Source: Hyphomicrobiales bacterium (GTDB taxonomy: Bacteria > Pseudomonadota > Alphaproteobacteria > JAPOUT01). Taken from it: 64,000 nt of DNA. The stretch covers positions 70,609-134,608 of the forward strand of contig JAPOUT010000109.1 of NCBI GenBank assembly GCA_026708545.1, in the 5' to 3' direction. Positions 31,332 through 40,566 of the stretch are shown one piece after another. Positions within the stretch are counted from its first letter, which is position 1. The number at the start of each line of letters is the position of its first letter. The position numbers and the translations under genes are program-made. The notes beneath the pieces were generated by a model that was not told the DNA's origin, did no database searches, and saw nothing but the letters and a program-made list of their open reading frames with translations.

Positions 31332-31992
31332 AGGAAAAAAGATTGAGGCATCGATCCATCCATGCCTGCAGAGGCTCATCGGCACCTATGACGTCTTTGT
31401 TTGAAACAAGACGCGCCCATTGCAATGACGCAAATAAAATGTAATCGGAGAAAACAGGGGTTTCACCACCGAAGAACTTTGCACGTTCGAGTGCTTTGCT
31501 CGCGGGCATCAGAGCGTCGCGAGCGGATTGAATACCTGCATCGGCGTTTGAGGCAAGTTCTTCAAGTGTTTTACCGAAACGTTTTTCCCGTGATGTCCGG
31601 AAGTATTCCGTGTCTCTATTGTCGATGCAATCAAGGACCTCTCGCATGAGTGCCGGCGCGAAGAGTCTGTGAACACTGAGTTCAACCCAGTTTTTGAAGA
31701 ACCCGTTGAATGCGACACCCCGCTCGCCGCCAAACAAAGACTCTCCGTCCGAAAAGTTCTCTTCGAGGTATGTCGCGATGTGCCAGGAGTCGAAAATCAT
31801 CTTACCGTCATGTTCGAGTATGGGAACACTCTTCCACGGCTCCCCTGTATGGGGGATATCTGCGATTTCGCCGAAACGCACGGGCACGATTTGTGCGGTG
31901 ACACCCTTGTGCGCGAGCGCCATTCGCGCGCGCCAACCGAAAGGACTGAAATGAAGTCCATCGCGTCCAACGAGGTCATAAAGTTTAATCAT
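31285..31992 (-). CDS. Glutathione S-transferase, LigE/beta-etherase-like family
   Basis: LYDL.G.....FSPF.WR..MALAHKG, VP, DSW.IA.YL, YFR.SRE.RFG and DYI.F...QW; AAGGAG precedes ATG 31992. Confidence 0.88.
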   Translation of the reverse strand: MIKLYDLVGRDGLHFSPFGWRARMALAHKGVTAQIVPVRFGEIADIPHTGEPWKSVPILEHDGKMIFDSWHIATYLEENFSDGESLFGGERGVAFNGFFKNWVELSVHRLFAPALMREVLDCIDNRDTEYFRTSREKRFGKTLEELASNADAGIQSARDALMPASKALERAKFFGGETPVFSDYILFASLQWARLVSNKDVIGADEPLQAWMDRCLNLFSSMAKSHLSRRERDNR

Positions 31993-32005
31993 GTGTGTAT
32001 ACTCC

Positions 32006-33388
32006 TTAGTATGCGTATTGTGTGAAGATGTTTGTGACGTTGCCGTTCCATTTGCCATGATAGCACTCGAGCAGTTCCTGTGCGAGATTTTGCTCTCGTG
32101 CAAGTGTTTCCTCGACGGGATGGAGGAAATGGGTTTCGTCATTGCCGTTGCTGTCGAAATTAGCACGTGCCTTGAGACCGTTGCGTGAGAGTTCGACAAA
32201 TTTCCGTGCCCATTTGACAAGAGGCTCGCCGCGCAGAAGAGTCGAAAGACCGTCTTTGGGAACTTGCTGGCGCATCTGGTTTCGGTCGGATGCGCTCCAT
32301 TCGCGCACCATCTGCCAAGCGGCATCAAGGGCGTTGTCATCATAGAGAAGTCCGACCCAGAAGGCCGGGAGTGCACACAGTTGCCTCCACGGCCCGCTAT
32401 CGGCGCCTCGCATTTCGAGGAAACGCTTGAGCCGTGCTTCGGGGAAAATGGTCGTGAGATGATTTGCCCAATCGGCTTCGTTAGGACGTTCGCCTTCCAA
32501 ACCGGGAAGTTTTCCTTCAAGGAAATCCCGAAAGGATTTGCCTGCAACGTCAATATATTGGCTGTCTCGATGGACAAAATAGAGAGGGACGTCAAGGGCA
32601 TATTCCGCGTATTTTGCAAATCCGAAATCAGGAGCGAAGGCCTGGTCGAGCATGCCGGTTCGTTGCTCGTCAGTGTGGAGCCAGAGTTGAGAACGATAGG
32701 ACTGGTATCCGGTCGGCTTACCGTCGGCAAAGGGAGAATTTGCGAATATTGCCGTTGCTATGGGTTGTAGTGCGAGGGCAACGCGAAGTTTTTTGATCAT
32801 GTCAGTTTCACTGGAGAAATCGAGATTAACCTGTACGGTACAGGTTCGAAACATCATATCTCGTCCCTGGCTTTGGATTTTTTCCATGTATTTTTCAATG
32901 ATGCGATATCTGCCTTTTGGCATGCGGGGAACATCCTTGAGAGCCCAGTGCGGGCAGAATCCGAGTCCGAGGAATCCGATACCGAGCGTTTGCGCGATCG
33001 CACGCACCTGCTCGAGATGAGAGTTGACTTCGTCGCAGGTCTGATGAAGGGTTCTTAACATGGCGCCGGAAAGTTCGAGTTGCCCGCCGGGTTCCAGCGA
33101 GATGTTCGCACCATTTTTGCCGTTTGGCAGTTTTTGCTCGAGTCCAATGATATTATCCCCTTCGTAATGGGGATTCCAGCCGAATTGTTGCAGTCGATTC
33201 AGGAGCGTTTGAATGCCGCCCTCCCCTTCGTAGGGAACAGGTGAAAAGTCTTTTTCAAAAAAACCGAATTTTTCATGCTCCGTCCCAATCCACCATTGCT
33301 CTTTCGGCTTGCACCCACGTTCGAAATACTCGACCAAAGCGTCAAAACCATTGAGCGGTTCACTATCTCCTTGTGCGAGAACGCTCAT
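32006..33388 (-). CDS. gshA: Glutamate--cysteine ligase (alphaproteobacterial/plant type)
   Basis: IGTEHEKF, SLEPGGQLELSG, MPKGRY, TCTVQVNLD and LEMRGAD. Confidence 0.96.
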   Translation of the reverse strand: MSVLAQGDSEPLNGFDALVEYFERGCKPKEQWWIGTEHEKFGFFEKDFSPVPYEGEGGIQTLLNRLQQFGWNPHYEGDNIIGLEQKLPNGKNGANISLEPGGQLELSGAMLRTLHQTCDEVNSHLEQVRAIAQTLGIGFLGLGFCPHWALKDVPRMPKGRYRIIEKYMEKIQSQGRDMMFRTCTVQVNLDFSSETDMIKKLRVALALQPIATAIFANSPFADGKPTGYQSYRSQLWLHTDEQRTGMLDQAFAPDFGFAKYAEYALDVPLYFVHRDSQYIDVAGKSFRDFLEGKLPGLEGERPNEADWANHLTTIFPEARLKRFLEMRGADSGPWRQLCALPAFWVGLLYDDNALDAAWQMVREWSASDRNQMRQQVPKDGLSTLLRGEPLVKWARKFVELSRNGLKARANFDSNGNDETHFLHPVEETLAREQNLAQELLECYHGKWNGNVTNIFTQYAY

Positions 33389-33969
33389 GCGGCACACTTT
33401 CGTGCAACTTCGACGCCGGCGGCCTGAAGCAACTCAAGGGTTTCGCGCATCGGCAGCCCTGATGCTCCCGAGAAAGACCCATCAAGTCTCCGCACGAAAC
33501 GTTCGCCGGTTTTTTGTATTGCGTAAGCGCCTGCACGGTTGTTCCATTCGTTTGTGTCAAGATAAGATTCTATTTCATCGAGATGGAGTCGTTTGAAGGA
33601 AACGCGCGTAACAGATGTCTTCGCGCCGATGGTGTTTCCATCACGCAGTACGCACACGGCGGTATGGACTCGATGCGCGGACCCCGAGAGGAGTTTTAGG
33701 ATTTCACGAGCGTGGTCCCGGCTGCTTGGTTTGGAAAGAATGCGGCGTCCTTTCGCCACAACCGTATCAGCAGCAAGAATGGTTGCTCCTGCCCGAACAT
33801 TGCTGATAGCCTCGGCTTTTGCTCGTGCCAACCGCATCGCTGTTTGTCTCGGCGTTTCTGTCTTCAAGGGTGTCTCATTGATACCTGCACCGATAACCTC
33901 GCCGGGCGGCAAATCCAATTGCTGCAAGATATCGAGTCTTTGTTGTGACTCACTTGCGAGGATGAACAT
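33385..33969 (-). CDS. maf: Maf family nucleotide pyrophosphatase
   Basis: ILAS, LA..KA, LAADTVV, LSG..H.V.T and AGAYAIQ; follows infA. Confidence 0.92.
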   Translation of the reverse strand: MFILASESQQRLDILQQLDLPPGEVIGAGINETPLKTETPRQTAMRLARAKAEAISNVRAGATILAADTVVAKGRRILSKPSSRDHAREILKLLSGSAHRVHTAVCVLRDGNTIGAKTSVTRVSFKRLHLDEIESYLDTNEWNNRAGAYAIQKTGERFVRRLDGSFSGASGLPMRETLELLQAAGVEVARKCAA

Positions 33970-33977
33970 GCCCGAAT

Positions 33978-34196
33978 TTACTTGTATCGATATGTAATGC
34001 GTCCTTTTGTGAGGTCGTACGGAGTCATTTCGACCAACACTTTGTCCCCGGGACGCACTCGGATGTAGTTTTTACGCATCTTTCCCGCCATGTGAGCGAT
34101 AATTTCGTGCCCATTATCGAGTTGGATTTTGAACATAGTGTTCGGTCGGGCTTCGATGACCGTGCCGGGAAACTCGAGGAATTCTTCTTTTGCCAT
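33978..34196 (-). CDS. infA: Translation initiation factor IF-1
   Basis: MAKEE...[30 protein letters not shown]. Confidence 0.98.
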   Translation of the reverse strand: MAKEEFLEFPGTVIEARPNTMFKIQLDNGHEIIAHMAGKMRKNYIRVRPGDKVLVEMTPYDLTKGRITYRYK

Positions 34197-34273
34197 AGAT
34201 ATTATTGGTTATGTTGGAGAGATGTGATTGTGCTGGATTGTAAGTCTCTAACGAGAATCGTTATTTTGCAAGT

Positions 34274-34888
34274 CTATTGCTTTCCTTGCCGGAGTTGTTG
34301 GGGCGCATCAAGGGTGAAGAGTTGCTGATCAATGGGAACACCTTCGATGAGTTGCGAGAGCCTGACAAGGGTTTTTCTGCCTTGAGGGTCCGTGATGACC
34401 CACTGTCGCAGGGCGAGCGTGGGTTGGTCGAAGACGAGGGTGATTTCGCCCCTTTCGGAATTTTTATTGTCTCGAAGATGCAGGAGAATTTTGTCGGACT
34501 CTTGATAGAACCCCAAGATATCTGCGTTTCTTTCTATGTTGATATTATCGGCGAGGAGAAATGCAAGAGGAGTTTGTTCCAGAGGGTAGCGCTGTATGGA
34601 GTCCGGAAATTGTTCTTCGACAATATTGACCCATTTTCCGTTTGACACGACCGTAAGCGATCCTCGCGGAAAATACTCGAAGCGGATATGCCCGGGACGT
34701 TGCAGATAAAAGGCTCCGTCGCGGCGATGGCCCCTTGCATCAATTTGAGTGAATCTACCTTGTAGATGGACAAGTTCGTTGAAATAGCGGTTGATCTGCT
34801 CAATGGCTTGCGCTCGTCCGGACGGGTCCTGCGCAAAGGAAGGATTCGCAAAAAGAGCGAAACTTATAACAAGCAGTAAAACCCTCAC
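34274..34888 (-). CDS. lolA: Outer-membrane lipoprotein carrier LolA family
   Basis: Signal peptide, G.F.Q, RPG.IRFEY, YPL..TPL and LRQW; follows ftsK. Confidence 0.88.
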   Translation of the reverse strand: MRVLLLVISFALFANPSFAQDPSGRAQAIEQINRYFNELVHLQGRFTQIDARGHRRDGAFYLQRPGHIRFEYFPRGSLTVVSNGKWVNIVEEQFPDSIQRYPLEQTPLAFLLADNINIERNADILGFYQESDKILLHLRDNKNSERGEITLVFDQPTLALRQWVITDPQGRKTLVRLSQLIEGVPIDQQLFTLDAPQQLRQGKQ

Positions 34889-37353
34889 GAGTTGCCACCT
34901 TGGTGGACGAGGACTTCACGCCTTCCTTTGTGGTTTGGTTCAGAAATAATTCCCTGTTCTTGCATTTGCTCGATGATGCGGGCGGACCGGTTATATCCGA
35001 TGCGAAGTTTGCGCTGAATATAAGATGTCGATGCGTATTTTTCGTTTTGAACCAGCGCAAGCGCACGATTGTAAAGTTCCTGATCCGCGCTGTTGTCATC
35101 GGCAGGTGCGAAGAAAGCATCAGCGCCGTCTTCGTCGTTCTGCTCGGTAACGTCAAGGAGGTAGTCAGGCGCGCCTTGTCGTTTGAGGTATTTTGCCACC
35201 TTCTCTACATCCTCATCGGAAAGGAATGCGCCATGAATGCGTTCGATACGACCACCGCCGCTCATATAGAGCATGTCGCCACGTCCGAGGAGTTGCTCTG
35301 CACCTTGCTCACCAAGAATGGTTCGGCTGTCGATTTTGGAAGTCATCTGGAAAGAAATGCGGTTTGGGAAGTTTGCCTTAATAGTCCCAGTGATGACATC
35401 AACAGAGGGCCGTTGTGTTGCAGTGATCATGTGGATGCCGGCGGCACGTGCCATTTGGGCAAGGCGCTGGACGGCAATCTCGATTTCTTTGCCGGCCACA
35501 AGCATGAGGTCCGCCATTTCGTCAACGATGACGACGATATAGGGCATGGTTTCAAGGGCAAGTTCCTCTTCCTCGTAGAGTGCTTTACCGGTTTCAGCAT
35601 CAACACCGGTCTGAACGGTTCGGGTCAAGCGCTCGCCTTTTTTCGCAGCTTCACGGATTCGCTGATTGTAAGTTTCAATGTTTCGCACACCGAGTTTTGA
35701 GATTTTGCGGTACCGGCTTTCCATTTCCCTCACGAGCCACTTGAGCGCGACAACAGCTTTCTTAGGATCGGTGACAACCGGCGTCAACAGGTGGGGAATG
35801 TCATCGTAGACGGAAAGCTCGAGCATCTTGGGGTCAATCATGATGAAACGACATTGATCAGGCGTGAGTCGATAGAGCAACGACAACAGCAACGCGTTGA
35901 TGGCAACGGATTTCCCCGACCCAGTCGTTCCGGCGATAAGCAGATGCGGCATTCGCGCAAGATCGACGACGATGGGCTCACCCGTGATGCTTTTGCCGAG
36001 GATGATGGGTAGTTTCATCTTATTGCCGTTACCGGCAAATGCGGCACATCCAAGCAATTCGCGCAGGGCAACAAGTTCGCGATGTTCGTTCGGGAGTTCA
36101 ATGCCGATGGCGTTGCGCCCAGGCACGACAGCAATGCGGGTCGAAACGGCGCTCATGGAACGCGCAATGTCATCGGCAAGTCCGATGACGCGTGACGACT
36201 TTATCCCCGATGCCGGCTCGAGTTCGTAGAGCGTGACAACCGGACCATTTCTTATGTTGATGATTTTACCGGAGATGCCGAAATCGCCGAGCACGCTCTC
36301 GAGCAATGACGTTTCTTGCAGAAGCTCTTGCCGAGTCCTTTTGTGTTTGGCGTTGCCTTCGGCCGCTTCGAGAAGTCCCAAGGTCGGAGACTGATAGCCC
36401 CCTCTCTTTTTCTTTTTGTCGAATTCAAGACCCGTTTGAACGGCCGCTCTGATTCTCGTCTTGCGGCGGATACTTGAAGTTCGCGCGGGTTTCCTAGTGA
36501 CCGATTCGCTGTTTTCCTCGATAATGTCATTAATGTCATTCTCCCCGTTCTCGTCGGGGGCGAATTCGCTATATTTTTGGGGTCGATTTTTAATTTTTTC
36601 GATACAATCCAGGATTGCTAAGGTTACTGCGGAAATGGTCTTGGAAACGCCCTGGGAGAATACCTTGAAGAAAATCTCGATGAACCTATAACCACCCTCC
36701 CGATTCGAATCCTCCGGATGCGGTTTTTCCATTGTTTCCGCGTAGTTCTTCGTGGCCTGAAGCATGGAGGCATGGGAAGAACGGACAGGCCAGTCCATAG
36801 CGAAAGCGAGAAGTAAAATTGCCGTGCCCCCGGCAATTGCCACGATAGCAATGTTGAGCAAGAATGCGGATTCTATGTAAGGGCCGAGCGCCGCATTGAA
36901 AGAACTAACAAGAAAGCCTCCCACACTTCCACCAACGCCCGCCAAGGTCGCTCCCCAGCTGTCCGGCGCAAGTGCCAAGACCGCAGAGGCAAAAACCGGC
37001 GCAAGAACGCAGGAAATCATGCGCCAGAAGATTCCCCCGACAGGGTCATGGCAAAGTATTCTCCACCCCCACACTGCCAGTGGAAAGCAGAAGAAAAACC
37101 CCCCGTAGCCCAAGTATTGGTAAGACAGGTCCGCCACGACAGCTCCGCCCAGTCCCAGCGGATTTTGCACATCCGCTGAGGTGGCATGGTTCCAACTGGG
37201 GTCCTGCGACGACCATCCGCTCAACGCCACCAGCATGATAGCGCAAGCAACCAGCAAGCCTACGCCTGCCGTCTCATTCAAGCGTCTGCGCAGAAATACC
37301 CGCACCGCTGCCGGAAGCCATTCGATTCGTGTGGAAGACTGGGTGAAAGCCAT
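34885..37353 (-). CDS. ftsK: DNA translocase FtsK
   Basis: N-terminal TM region, PHLLIAGTTGSGKS, DPKMLEL, ATQRPSVDV and gamma domain (STSYIQRKLRIGYNR). Confidence 0.97.
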   Translation of the reverse strand: MAFTQSSTRIEWLPAAVRVFLRRRLNETAGVGLLVACAIMLVALSGWSSQDPSWNHATSADVQNPLGLGGAVVADLSYQYLGYGGFFFCFPLAVWGWRILCHDPVGGIFWRMISCVLAPVFASAVLALAPDSWGATLAGVGGSVGGFLVSSFNAALGPYIESAFLLNIAIVAIAGGTAILLLAFAMDWPVRSSHASMLQATKNYAETMEKPHPEDSNREGGYRFIEIFFKVFSQGVSKTISAVTLAILDCIEKIKNRPQKYSEFAPDENGENDINDIIEENSESVTRKPARTSSIRRKTRIRAAVQTGLEFDKKKKRGGYQSPTLGLLEAAEGNAKHKRTRQELLQETSLLESVLGDFGISGKIINIRNGPVVTLYELEPASGIKSSRVIGLADDIARSMSAVSTRIAVVPGRNAIGIELPNEHRELVALRELLGCAAFAGNGNKMKLPIILGKSITGEPIVVDLARMPHLLIAGTTGSGKSVAINALLLSLLYRLTPDQCRFIMIDPKMLELSVYDDIPHLLTPVVTDPKKAVVALKWLVREMESRYRKISKLGVRNIETYNQRIREAAKKGERLTRTVQTGVDAETGKALYEEEELALETMPYIVVIVDEMADLMLVAGKEIEIAVQRLAQMARAAGIHMITATQRPSVDVITGTIKANFPNRISFQMTSKIDSRTILGEQGAEQLLGRGDMLYMSGGGRIERIHGAFLSDEDVEKVAKYLKRQGAPDYLLDVTEQNDEDGADAFFAPADDNSADQELYNRALALVQNEKYASTSYIQRKLRIGYNRSARIIEQMQEQGIISEPNHKGRREVLVHQGGNS

Positions 37354-37512
37354 CCGCCTTTCTCCGTTAATTTACGTGCTTGGACTATACGAAGAAACGA
37401 TAGGTTTGTCTAGTTTTATTTTTGAGAAATTTCATTTTGCACGAAAGTTTATGTAAAATATGAAATTCAATATATGAAGATTTGCCCGCTATCTCCTTGA
37501 AAATAAAAGTAT

Positions 37513-38307
37513 TTACGAATCTTCCAATATTTTCAAAATCGTACGGTGGAGATGAATATCTCCCGTCGCGACGGTGCGGAATTCGCCTTCCGTCTCGCAT
37601 GAAAAGGGTTTTCCGTTCCAATCTGTAATGATTCCACCCGCACCCTCAACGATGGGAACCAAGGGTAGCACATCGTAGTGGCGCAAATCGGCCTCAACGA
37701 TGGTATCCAGCCACCCTGCCGCCAAAGCGCAATATAGATAGCAGTCACCACCGAACCGACGCATTTTCACCCGTTCAGCGAGGTTTCCGAAGATTTGGCC
37801 GGAGAACATAGCGGGATCGGTTGCTCCCAAAACCGCCTCTCGAATATTGCGGCAACCGCGTGTTTTCAGGGGTGTCCGCATCCCTCCTCTGAGGTGAAAA
37901 CTCCCCCCTGCCGAGCCTTCGAATCGCTCCTCTATGAACGGCTGGTTCATAATGCCCAGCAATGGTGTATTTCCGTCGTAGAGAGCGATAAGCGTTCCCC
38001 ACAGGGGCAATCCCATGACAAAAGACCTCGTCCCGTCAATAGGGTCAAGAATCCACCGCATTGATGCTCCCCTATTGGTATCAGTTTGCTCTTCCCCGAG
38101 AATTGCATGGGTTGGGAACCTCTCCTCGATCATTTCACGCATAACGGCTTCCGATTCTCTGTCAGCCTGCGTGACGGGGTTGAACCTCTCCTCGTCTTTG
38201 CTCTCGAGTGTCAACGTTCGCCGGAAATATCTCCGAACGATATTTCCGGACGCCTCGGCAAGTTCATGCGCGAAGGTGATAAATTCGTTAACTTTTGTGC
38301 TTGTCAC
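37513..38307 (-). CDS. hisN: Histidinol-phosphate phosphatase (inositol monophosphatase family)
   Basis: PVTQAD, GEE, WILDPIDGTRSF, WGTLIAL, GGDCY and GG.ITDW. Start placed at GTG 38307; ATG 38316 is an alternative. Confidence 0.87.
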   Translation of the reverse strand: MTSTKVNEFITFAHELAEASGNIVRRYFRRTLTLESKDEERFNPVTQADRESEAVMREMIEERFPTHAILGEEQTDTNRGASMRWILDPIDGTRSFVMGLPLWGTLIALYDGNTPLLGIMNQPFIEERFEGSAGGSFHLRGGMRTPLKTRGCRNIREAVLGATDPAMFSGQIFGNLAERVKMRRFGGDCYLYCALAAGWLDTIVEADLRHYDVLPLVPIVEGAGGIITDWNGKPFSCETEGEFRTVATGDIHLHRTILKILEDS

Positions 38308-38314
38308 AAGAAGC

Positions 38315-38343
38315 ATCTTACGCGGACTCCTCGCGCTCGACAA
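38315..38343 (-). promoter_or_regulatory. Sigma70-like promoter, leaderless hisN
   Basis: TTGTCG-N17-TAAGAT-N7-GTG. Confidence 0.55.
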
Positions 38344-38412
38344 TCCCCCCAGGTTAACCTGGTAAAAGTTCGCCGAACCGTTAAAAAGCGGCGATAAACA
38401 TTAAAGTTTATT

Positions 38413-38425
38413 CTACCTTAAGTTG
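38413..38425. promoter_or_regulatory. PraR-type operator candidate
   Basis: CTAC-CTTAA-GTTG, one mismatch from CAAC-N5-GTTG, upstream of a PraR-like gene; further CAAC/GTTG half-sites nearby. Confidence 0.4.
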
Positions 38426-38628
38426 AAAGTTCGCTTGCTTGCAACCTATGCGAAAGAACAAGATGGATTAAATCAACGAAAAGGATTCTAGTTGAGTTTA
38501 CTAAACAACCTTTAAAGCGAATATCGTTTTTTAGCACCTAGCATTGTGCGGATTTTTGTTTTTATATCTGTATGAACTCTCACCCGTAATAACACGGCGA
38601 TAACTTCTCTGCCCGTACCGTCTTACCA

Positions 38629-39072
38629 ATGCCAAAGAAAAAAACCCGCGCTAAGCAAACCTCGAACAAACCCCACCCTGTAGATGCCTACGTCGGCAAA
38701 CGGATTAAGCAACTCCGATGGCTCAAGGGCATGACACAACAACAGCTCGCCAAACAGGTCGACGTCAAGTTCCAGCAAATCCAAAAGTACGAAACCGGAG
38801 CGAACCGCGTGTCGTCCTCTCGCCTATGGCAGTTGTCTGAAGCGCTTAACGCACCTGTGTCTTTCTTCTTCGAAGGCTTTCCCGAGGACAAGTCTTCAAG
38901 GAGACCACGTGGTCTCTCCGAGAATAATGACCTCTTCAGTGAGCGCGAAGTTCTCGAGCTTGTGCGCGCCTACCACGCCCTTCCCGTAAACTTCCGCCGG
39001 TACATTCTCGACCACATCAAAGCGATTCTAAAACACCTTGTCAGAGCCAAACCCGCCATCCGGCGCACATAA
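38629..39072 (+). CDS. XRE-family HTH regulator, PraR/PhrR-like
   Basis: PHPVD.YVG.RI..LR...GMTQQ.LA....V.FQQIQKYE.G.NRVS.SRL, then FFFEG. Confidence 0.9.
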   Translation: MPKKKTRAKQTSNKPHPVDAYVGKRIKQLRWLKGMTQQQLAKQVDVKFQQIQKYETGANRVSSSRLWQLSEALNAPVSFFFEGFPEDKSSRRPRGLSENNDLFSEREVLELVRAYHALPVNFRRYILDHIKAILKHLVRAKPAIRRT

Positions 39073-39084
39073 AACTTATTCCCA

Positions 39085-39525
39085 TTAATTCGAAGCGAGC
39101 AGTTCCACCATGCTCCTGTCAACGACAGGAACAAGTCCGAAGCCATGCCCGCTGAATCCTGCGGCGATGGCAAGCCCGGGGATAGCGGTATAAGGGGCGA
39201 TAACGGGAAGTTCATCGGGCATGAAATCGATTTGCCCTGCCCAGGAGTTTTCGAAATGCATTTCCATCGCGTCGGGATATTCTTGCCGAAACAACCACGC
39301 GGTTTGGCGTAATCCTTTGACATCAGGCTCGGTATCAAGAATTCTGTGCCGGGTGAAATCATCATATTCGTCTGCGAGGCCCTCTCGACTTGTTCGCCCG
39401 AACACAAATTTGCGTTTACGCCAATGCTTTTGCATCAATGGAATATATTTTGCACCAAAACAAAAACTGTCGAAATATAGATCATGGAATCCGTCCGTGG
39501 TGGCGATGGTGACGACATCACTCAC
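39085..39525 (-). pseudogene. C-terminal fragment of an FAD-dependent (DAO/DadA-like) oxidoreductase
   Basis: Has WAG.ID..PD..PVI and GFSGHGFG but lacks the N-terminal GxGxxG FAD-binding region; only 146 aa. Confidence 0.8.
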
Positions 39526-40511
39526 GTCCCGATTTCCACATCTCCGAGTCGCAAGGTTTCGCCGTTGATGATTTTTTGAAACATTTCCATATCGACGTTT
39601 GCGCCAGAGACAACGAAGGCTGTTGCACCTTCAAGTTTGAGTTTTCCTGCCAGCAACGCCGCGTGGCAAACAGCACCTGCACCTTCGGTAATGATACAGT
39701 CTTGTTGAAACGCGATGCGCATTGCCTTGTAGATGTCCGTCTCACTGACGAGAATGATGTCATCGAGATATTTACGACACAGTTTGAAGGTGATTTGGTT
39801 ATTGGCACCGATACCTCCGCCGAGAGCGTCCGCGAGGGATGGATATTCTTCAACCTCGACAGGCTTGCCTGCGCGGATGGCCTCGTACATTCCCGCCCCT
39901 CGTTCCATGCTCACACCGACAACATGTACGCGTGGCTGTATCTGCTTTGCTGCAAAGGCGATACCGCCTGCCAACCCACCGCCCGACAAGGGGATAATGA
40001 TGTTTTGCAGGTCGAATCTGCGCTCGAAGAGTTCGAGAGCAATGGTTGCCTGCCCTGCGATGACTCCGGCATCATCAAAGGCGGAGATTTCGGTTACGCC
40101 GCCGGACGCAATACGGTTGGTTTCGAGGATGGCGTCCTCCTGCGTCTGCCCGACACGGCGGACGTTTGCACCGAGGTCCTCAATGGCTTTGACTTTTGCT
40201 GCGGGCACGAGTTCGGAGAGACACACGGTTGCCGTGATACCCATCTGTTTTGCCGCGAATGCGATAGCACGTCCGTGGTTTCCAGTTGAACAACACACGA
40301 TACCACGAGATTTTTGCTCGTCCGTGAGCGATTCAATGGCGTTGGTAGCACCACGGATTTTGAAAGATCGAGTGGGCTGTGTAGTCTCAAGTTTCAATAA
40401 CAATTCGTATCCGGCCTGCCCTGACAACATTGAGGGAATAAGCGGTGTCGTGACGCTGATGTGCCGAATGCGCTTGTGTGCAGCGCGAATGTCTTGGAGA
40501 TTTAGTGACAT
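39522..40511 (-). CDS. eutB: Hydroxyectoine utilization dehydratase EutB (PLP, threonine-dehydratase family)
   Basis: KLE..QP..SFKIRGA, STGNHG, PLSGGGL, SMERGA.M and SLADALGGGIG. Confidence 0.88.
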   Translation of the reverse strand: MSLNLQDIRAAHKRIRHISVTTPLIPSMLSGQAGYELLLKLETTQPTRSFKIRGATNAIESLTDEQKSRGIVCCSTGNHGRAIAFAAKQMGITATVCLSELVPAAKVKAIEDLGANVRRVGQTQEDAILETNRIASGGVTEISAFDDAGVIAGQATIALELFERRFDLQNIIIPLSGGGLAGGIAFAAKQIQPRVHVVGVSMERGAGMYEAIRAGKPVEVEEYPSLADALGGGIGANNQITFKLCRKYLDDIILVSETDIYKAMRIAFQQDCIITEGAGAVCHAALLAGKLKLEGATAFVVSGANVDMEMFQKIINGETLRLGDVEIGT

Positions 40512-40566
40512 ACTGGATTATAGTATGTGTCTTGTGCAGTTGGAAAGTTGCAAGTATAATTCTAGC
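40512..40566. promoter_or_regulatory. Back-to-back leaderless promoters for eutB and doeA
   Basis: Plus strand: TTGTGC-N17-TATAAT-N6-ATG(40567). Minus strand: TATAAT(40517-40522)-N5-ATG(40511). Neither side has an SD. Confidence 0.65.

Noticed and set aside
31993-32730. GST frame open for about 246 codons upstream in the +1 frame of gshA (possible frameshift fusion)
   Set aside because: The translation is Ser/Pro-rich and not protein-like, there is no slippery site at the gshA stop, and the GST has its own SD and ATG.
37428-37467. AT-rich imperfect inverted repeat between hisN and ftsK (dif site or terminator?)
   Set aside because: It does not match the XerC/XerD dif consensus, and such repeats arise easily in AT-rich spacers.
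39733-40566. 684-aa ORF suggesting a large N-terminal extension on DoeA
   Set aside because: The extension is the antisense shadow of eutB. DoeA homology begins at ATG 40567, which has its own promoter.
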